Positions 24,852-28,861 of a stretch of 28,861 nt of DNA are shown here, in pieces. The position numbers were made by a program, and so were the translations under genes. Position 1 is the stretch's first letter. Each line of letters opens with the position of its first letter. Source of the DNA: a virus (lineage: Duplodnaviria; Caudoviricetes); IMG/VR virus record IMGVR_UViG_3300022183_000045, positions 1 through 28,861 of that record; one strand, written 5' to 3'. Under the pieces are notes generated by a model. It was not told where the DNA came from. It saw only the letters and a program-made list of their open reading frames with translations, and did no database searches.

Positions 24852-25063
24852 TGGTCTAGATTAAAGACAAGGTTTACGTTTGAAGCAAAGACTTGTCCCT
24901 AGGGGTCACTATTTGGAAACGTTTCGTTGGTCAGTCAAGTTATTCAGTTGTAAGGTTAAACCTTTCATTGAGGGTATCCTTTTCGGGCCTCTTGCAAGGG
25001 CCAGTTTTTAACGAGCATAGCGGCTCAATAACAAGAGGGGGAATCGAATCCCCCTTTGACCTT
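24852..25063 (-). promoter_or_regulatory. 212-nt structured capsid leader (likely phage promoter and RNA control elements)
   Basis: The only long intergenic gap in the structural module, with at least three stem-loops. T7-like phages place a strong promoter here, but I could not assign a specific consensus. Confidence 0.6.
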
Positions 25064-25903
25064 TTAGATCAAGTCACCAGACCTTGCTAGCTTTGCTTCT
25101 ATATCCATCCGGTATGCTGGATCCTCGTTGTAGCGTGGATCACGGATAGCTGCTGCCAGTTCAGCGTGCGAGCGGAAGCCCGGTTGAGGTGCTGGCGCAC
25201 GTCCTCCAGAATACCGCTTACCTTGGCTGCCATTAGCTTCAGCGTACTTGGCCTTGAGGCCTTGTACTGCCCAGTATGCGGCGTCCAGGTTGCCGCTGTT
25301 GACGACTGAATCGTAAGCTCCAATTTCTTCTGCAGAGAGATTCTCAGCAGCCCATTGTGTCATCTCTGTGTAGGCTTGCTGACCGCCTACCGATTGATAG
25401 ATCCGCTGAACCTCGGCGTTTGACACCTGAGCTTGTTCAGCTTGACCACGGGACTCTGAGATGTACTTTGCCCAGGTCTCAACGAGCGTGCGGGAGTCAA
25501 GCTCCGACAGCGCGTCAAGAGTCTCAGGTGTGATTGCTCCACCTTCATCGAACTCCTGGGCAGCCTTCTCCAGACCACGACGGACTAGATCTACTTCTAC
25601 CTCTTCAGTCTGCTCTTCAGCAGCTTCAACGGGGGCTTCTTCTTCTTCAGCTGGTGCTTCAGTCTTCTCGCCTAGCTTCTTCTCCAGCTCCTTGTAAGCA
25701 CGCTCCAGCTCTTCGGCTGACTTGTACTTACCGGCATAGCGGAGCTGCTCTTCTTGATCTCTGCGAGCTGACTCAAACTTCTCGCGGGAGATTTCCTCCT
25801 CTGCTTGGGCGAGTCGCTCACCCTCTTTGAGAGCACGAGCTTCGGCTTCCTTTACAGCCTGGTCGTCTTCAGCCGGATCGTAGAATGTGGATGTGTTAGA
25901 CAT
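25064..25903 (-). CDS. gp9: Capsid assembly scaffolding protein
   Basis: YAGKYKSAEELERAYKELEKKLG, VGG..AY..M..WA..NL, FRS.AEL..A..DPRY..DPAYR. Confidence 0.95.
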   Translation of the reverse strand: MSNTSTFYDPAEDDQAVKEAEARALKEGERLAQAEEEISREKFESARRDQEEQLRYAGKYKSAEELERAYKELEKKLGEKTEAPAEEEEAPVEAAEEQTEEVEVDLVRRGLEKAAQEFDEGGAITPETLDALSELDSRTLVETWAKYISESRGQAEQAQVSNAEVQRIYQSVGGQQAYTEMTQWAAENLSAEEIGAYDSVVNSGNLDAAYWAVQGLKAKYAEANGSQGKRYSGGRAPAPQPGFRSHAELAAAIRDPRYNEDPAYRMDIEAKLARSGDLI

Positions 25904-25905
25904 AA

Positions 25906-26085
25906 TCAGTGAGATACGGTGCGGACGCCGCCGAAGGTTGGCTTGACCTTCTCGGCTGGCTTGTACTTACGTTGTTTTGGTGAGAGCACTTCAGGCTCCT
26001 TCTCTTCCTTAACTTCAGGTTCGGGAAGACTAACCGGCGGCTCCACGTTGAGGGGTGCTACCGGCTTCTTGCGGGGCGTTGGCAT
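25906..26085 (-). CDS. Small 59-aa Pro/Glu/Lys-rich protein (below the ORF-track cut-off)
   Basis: ATG 26085 to TGA 25906 gives MPTPRKKPVAPLNVEPPVSLPEPEVKEEKEPEVLSPKQRKYKPAEKVKPTFGGVRTVSH. It fills the portal-scaffold gap and ends 2 nt before the scaffold ATG. Confidence 0.75.
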   Translation of the reverse strand: MPTPRKKPVAPLNVEPPVSLPEPEVKEEKEPEVLSPKQRKYKPAEKVKPTFGGVRTVSH

Positions 26086-27694
26086 TAGGGATTTGCTCCA
26101 GTATTCCAGGGTTCTTAGAGGGGTCCATCACAGGGCTACCTGCAATCTGTCCAGCTTGATCCATCAGGGACTGCTGCTGTGCTGCTTGCTGGGCTGCCTG
26201 CTGCTCCTGCTGACGCTCCTGTGCAGTCTTGATCAGGTTGAGCTGATCGATACCTGCGGAGGTAGCAAGGCGCTTGGTGAACTCTTCTAGGTTTACAAAG
26301 GTTGGGATCTTGTCAGGACCAATGGTCTGGCCTAGGGTCTGGATGAATCCAGTCAGGGCCTGCAGGTCTTGTCCACGTCCGACACCGGACAGACCGGCTA
26401 CGACAGTGGGGAACACGAGATCCTTAGGCAGCTTCGGTAGCTCCTTCTTACGTTGGAGGTCCGAGAGCTTACGGTTAAGGTAAGGGGTAAGCAGCTCAAT
26501 GGTGAGGCTGCTGTAGATACCACCCAGCTGCTCATCCAGCTCAGACTTAGTGGAGCGGATCTCTTCTGCGGTAGTCCGCTCAGAGTCACGCACGTTCAGG
26601 CTAAGGAAGGCATCACTGAGTCGCTGCGTGAGCATGTTGATCATGTCATACGCAGTCTTGAAGTCAGCTGTCTTACCGACCTGCACCACACCGACTTCAT
26701 CAGGTCGTCCCTGAATCACGGTACCGTTGTGTGCTTCGGCCAGCTGCTTGGGTTTGGTTGTAGAGCTGGGGCTCACGAGGAAGACGACCTTGGCTGCAGC
26801 ACTGCTGCCCTCCACGATCGACTGCATCAAGCTATCAAGGGAGCGGAGATCACCAAGGAACTCCTCGACCCGACCACGCCCATAGCTCTCACCGTCAACC
26901 ATCTGGAACCGAAGGGGGATCCATGGTGTGCTGTTCTTGGGAGCACTGCTCTCGGTATTGGGTAGCGGCTTACCGTCCACCTCTTGGTACCAGGACCAGC
27001 GTCCGTTCTCTAGGGTCACCCACGTGTACAGGGCTGCCTCGTCTAGGTCAGGGTTGATGATTAGATCACCTGTGACGTTACCGCCACCCCCTTCACCCAC
27101 ATGATTGCCCGGCATCATGTCGCCAGACATCTGGAACTCATCAGGCAGCTGCTCACGGGGCACAGCCTCGAGTGTAACGATCTCGATCACGTTACCATCG
27201 CCATCCCGATTCACTACATACCGGTCAAGCGGGTACATCTTAAGACCCTTGTTGCCCATGAATAGCAGGGCGTTACCGGTAGTCACGAGGTGACGCATGG
27301 CCTGTGAGATGATCACACGGTCAGCTGTCTCTGCGATGTTCTGCATCACCACACGCTCCATCTTGGAGAGCACCGTGTCGATCTCAGAACGAGCCTTCAT
27401 ATCCAGCTCAGGATCCTTGGCCAGTTGGCCGTCGTTGATCTGTAGCTTGAAGAAGGTTTGATTGATTGGGAACAGGGCCAGCATCAGTTTGCTAGCCATT
27501 ACGTTCACGCCTTTGGCGCCCACTGATTGCCACGGGGTGGGGAGATATACTCCGTTAGAGTGGCCTGAAGGGGGCAGTAGGTAGGGAAGCGTTAGCTTCG
27601 CGCAGTCACGGGCGATGTCCAGAAACTGTTGGCGTGTAGAGCTGAGTCGGACGTACCGCTGCTCAGCTGATAGTCTCTCTTTACGATCGTCCAT
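26030..27694 (-). CDS. gp8: Portal protein (head-tail connector)
   Basis: LTLPYL, PWQSVGAKGVN..ASKLMLALFP...FFKL, GESYGRGRVEEFLGDL, RDSERTTAEEIR. Confidence 0.97.
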   Translation of the reverse strand: MDDRKERLSAEQRYVRLSSTRQQFLDIARDCAKLTLPYLLPPSGHSNGVYLPTPWQSVGAKGVNVMASKLMLALFPINQTFFKLQINDGQLAKDPELDMKARSEIDTVLSKMERVVMQNIAETADRVIISQAMRHLVTTGNALLFMGNKGLKMYPLDRYVVNRDGDGNVIEIVTLEAVPREQLPDEFQMSGDMMPGNHVGEGGGGNVTGDLIINPDLDEAALYTWVTLENGRWSWYQEVDGKPLPNTESSAPKNSTPWIPLRFQMVDGESYGRGRVEEFLGDLRSLDSLMQSIVEGSSAAAKVVFLVSPSSTTKPKQLAEAHNGTVIQGRPDEVGVVQVGKTADFKTAYDMINMLTQRLSDAFLSLNVRDSERTTAEEIRSTKSELDEQLGGIYSSLTIELLTPYLNRKLSDLQRKKELPKLPKDLVFPTVVAGLSGVGRGQDLQALTGFIQTLGQTIGPDKIPTFVNLEEFTKRLATSAGIDQLNLIKTAQERQQEQQAAQQAAQQQSLMDQAGQIAGSPVMDPSKNPGILEQIPNANAPQEAGSTPQRGAAG

Positions 27695-27697
27695 TCA

Positions 27698-28480
27698 TCA
27701 TACTCCGATGGCTAGGCCACCTTGGGTGGTCACATCGTCAGGAGTAGCAATGCCAGTAGCACCTGTAGCGTCAGCAATAGCAAGACCTGTCTCGTTCGTG
27801 GTGTCCAGAACTTCTTCTGTAGCGGCACCGTTAACCTCCGGGATAGCTGTTGCTGAGTCTGCGGTTGTCTCGAACTCACCACGGATAATATCAGTAGGCT
27901 CTGGAGCCCCACCCTGATCCATACCACCAGCAATCTCAGACATCATGTCACCCATAGAAGCCTCCATGTCTCCTAGGACTTGATCCATGGTAGACGCGAA
28001 GTCCATGGCCCAAGCATTCTGCTGCTCGGCCATCTCGTTGAAGAACGACTCGAAGTCAATCGCGTACGGATCTTCAACTGCAGGTTCAGTTGAGACCAGA
28101 CCTTCATCCAACGCTGGCTCTGTAGCTACGGGTTGGGTTGGCTGCTCCTGCTGCAGCCTGTCATAAAGTACACCACCGTTCGTTGTGTACCTAGCTGTCT
28201 GGTTTTTCTTAGGTGCGTTGCCAGTTAGTGCAGCAGACGCTGCGGATTGCTTACCGCGTACCCTGTCAACTACGTCAGAGCCTAGGGCTTGGTTGAGGAA
28301 TGCTGTGTCGTTCTTCTGCTGAACTAGGTTAGCTGCACCACTCTCAATACCAAGGCCCTGCTTGTTGGCCTGGTTGATAACTTTATCTACTGAAGATCCT
28401 GTTTTATTTGCGATCTTCTTTGCTTCCTTTTTAGAAAGACTTGAGCCTGCTTTCTTGAGGCCCTTTCTGATTCCTGCCAT
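27698..28480 (-). CDS. Hypothetical virion protein at the gp7.3-like position (basic N-terminus, acidic C-terminus)
   Basis: 260 aa, coupled to the upstream gene (TAATG), ends GGLAIGV, directly upstream of the portal. Confidence 0.7.
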   Translation of the reverse strand: MAGIRKGLKKAGSSLSKKEAKKIANKTGSSVDKVINQANKQGLGIESGAANLVQQKNDTAFLNQALGSDVVDRVRGKQSAASAALTGNAPKKNQTARYTTNGGVLYDRLQQEQPTQPVATEPALDEGLVSTEPAVEDPYAIDFESFFNEMAEQQNAWAMDFASTMDQVLGDMEASMGDMMSEIAGGMDQGGAPEPTDIIRGEFETTADSATAIPEVNGAATEEVLDTTNETGLAIADATGATGIATPDDVTTQGGLAIGV

Positions 28481-28860
28481 TAGCCTGCGATTGATAGTCC
28501 TGGGTTAGATTTAGCTACGAGTTGTCCGGTACCCATCGACCTATTCGGATTCCGGTCCCGTGGTTTGATACGACGTGCTTCGTTCTCATTCACGGTGGGT
28601 TGTAGTCCCTGAGCTTTCAGGGCTGCCATCTCAGACTCCTTGGCAAGGCGACGATTCTCCATCATCTGCGCTGCCATCTGTTGCTGTGCCATCTTCTGGC
28701 TAGCAGCAAACTGCATCATCTGAGACTGCATCTGCATAGCCGCTTGCTGCGACTGCTGCTGTTGCGATAGTTTGAATTGTTGGAACGCATTGTACTGGCC
28801 CTCCTTGAAGGTCCGCTCATTCTGTGCCACCATTTCGTTGTGGCGCTTCTGAGCCTTCTT
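28480..28860 (-). CDS. Gln-rich small virion protein (gp6.7/7.3-like position), probably 5'-truncated by the window edge
   Basis: The frame stays open upstream of the ATG at 28833 (KKAQKRHNE-M) to the edge. The protein ends PGLSIAG. Confidence 0.65.
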   Translation of the reverse strand, partial: KKAQKRHNEMVAQNERTFKEGQYNAFQQFKLSQQQQSQQAAMQMQSQMMQFAASQKMAQQQMAAQMMENRRLAKESEMAALKAQGLQPTVNENEARRIKPRDRNPNRSMGTGQLVAKSNPGLSIAG

Positions 28861-28861
28861 C

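Noticed and set aside
24905-24938. Sigma70-type promoter (TTGACT) upstream of the capsid gene
   Set aside because: No acceptable TAnnnT -10 element at 16-18 nt spacing.
25032-25058. tRNA gene or attP site
   Set aside because: Only a T-arm-like hairpin is present, with no cloverleaf and no integrase in the window.
24893-25090. 65-aa plus-strand ORF in the capsid leader
   Set aside because: Wrong strand, and the region is better explained as a structured leader.

Overview
The window is the late (morphogenesis, lysis, packaging) half and probable right end of a T7-like podophage (Autographiviridae). All credible genes are on the minus strand. In transcription order they are: two gp6.7/7.3-like small virion proteins, portal, a 59-aa ORF missed by the track, scaffold, major capsid plus terminator, tail tubular A and B, gp13, ejection proteins gp14/15/16, a tail fibre with beta-helix, a second tailspike, a C39-like peptidase, two small membrane proteins, TerS, an EndoVII/HNH nuclease cluster, a small ORF with terminator, a PKD plus 24-aa-repeat protein, a phage lysozyme-2 protein, a second EndoVII-like gene, TerL, and a hairpin-rich non-coding end. 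Gene order, protein motifs and leaders without Shine-Dalgarno sites suggest a cyanopodovirus with a Synechococcus/Cyanobium-type host (inference). The best leads are: (1) a T3-SAMase-like domain inside the ejected gp16; (2) an apparently circularly permuted M15/LAS Zn-peptidase behind a transglycosylase at the end of gp15; (3) a degenerate direct repeat of the tailspike-2 start that brackets that gene like an exchangeable cassette; (4) endonuclease genes overlapping the starts of downstream genes, including terL. All family calls were made by eye, and no searches were run.
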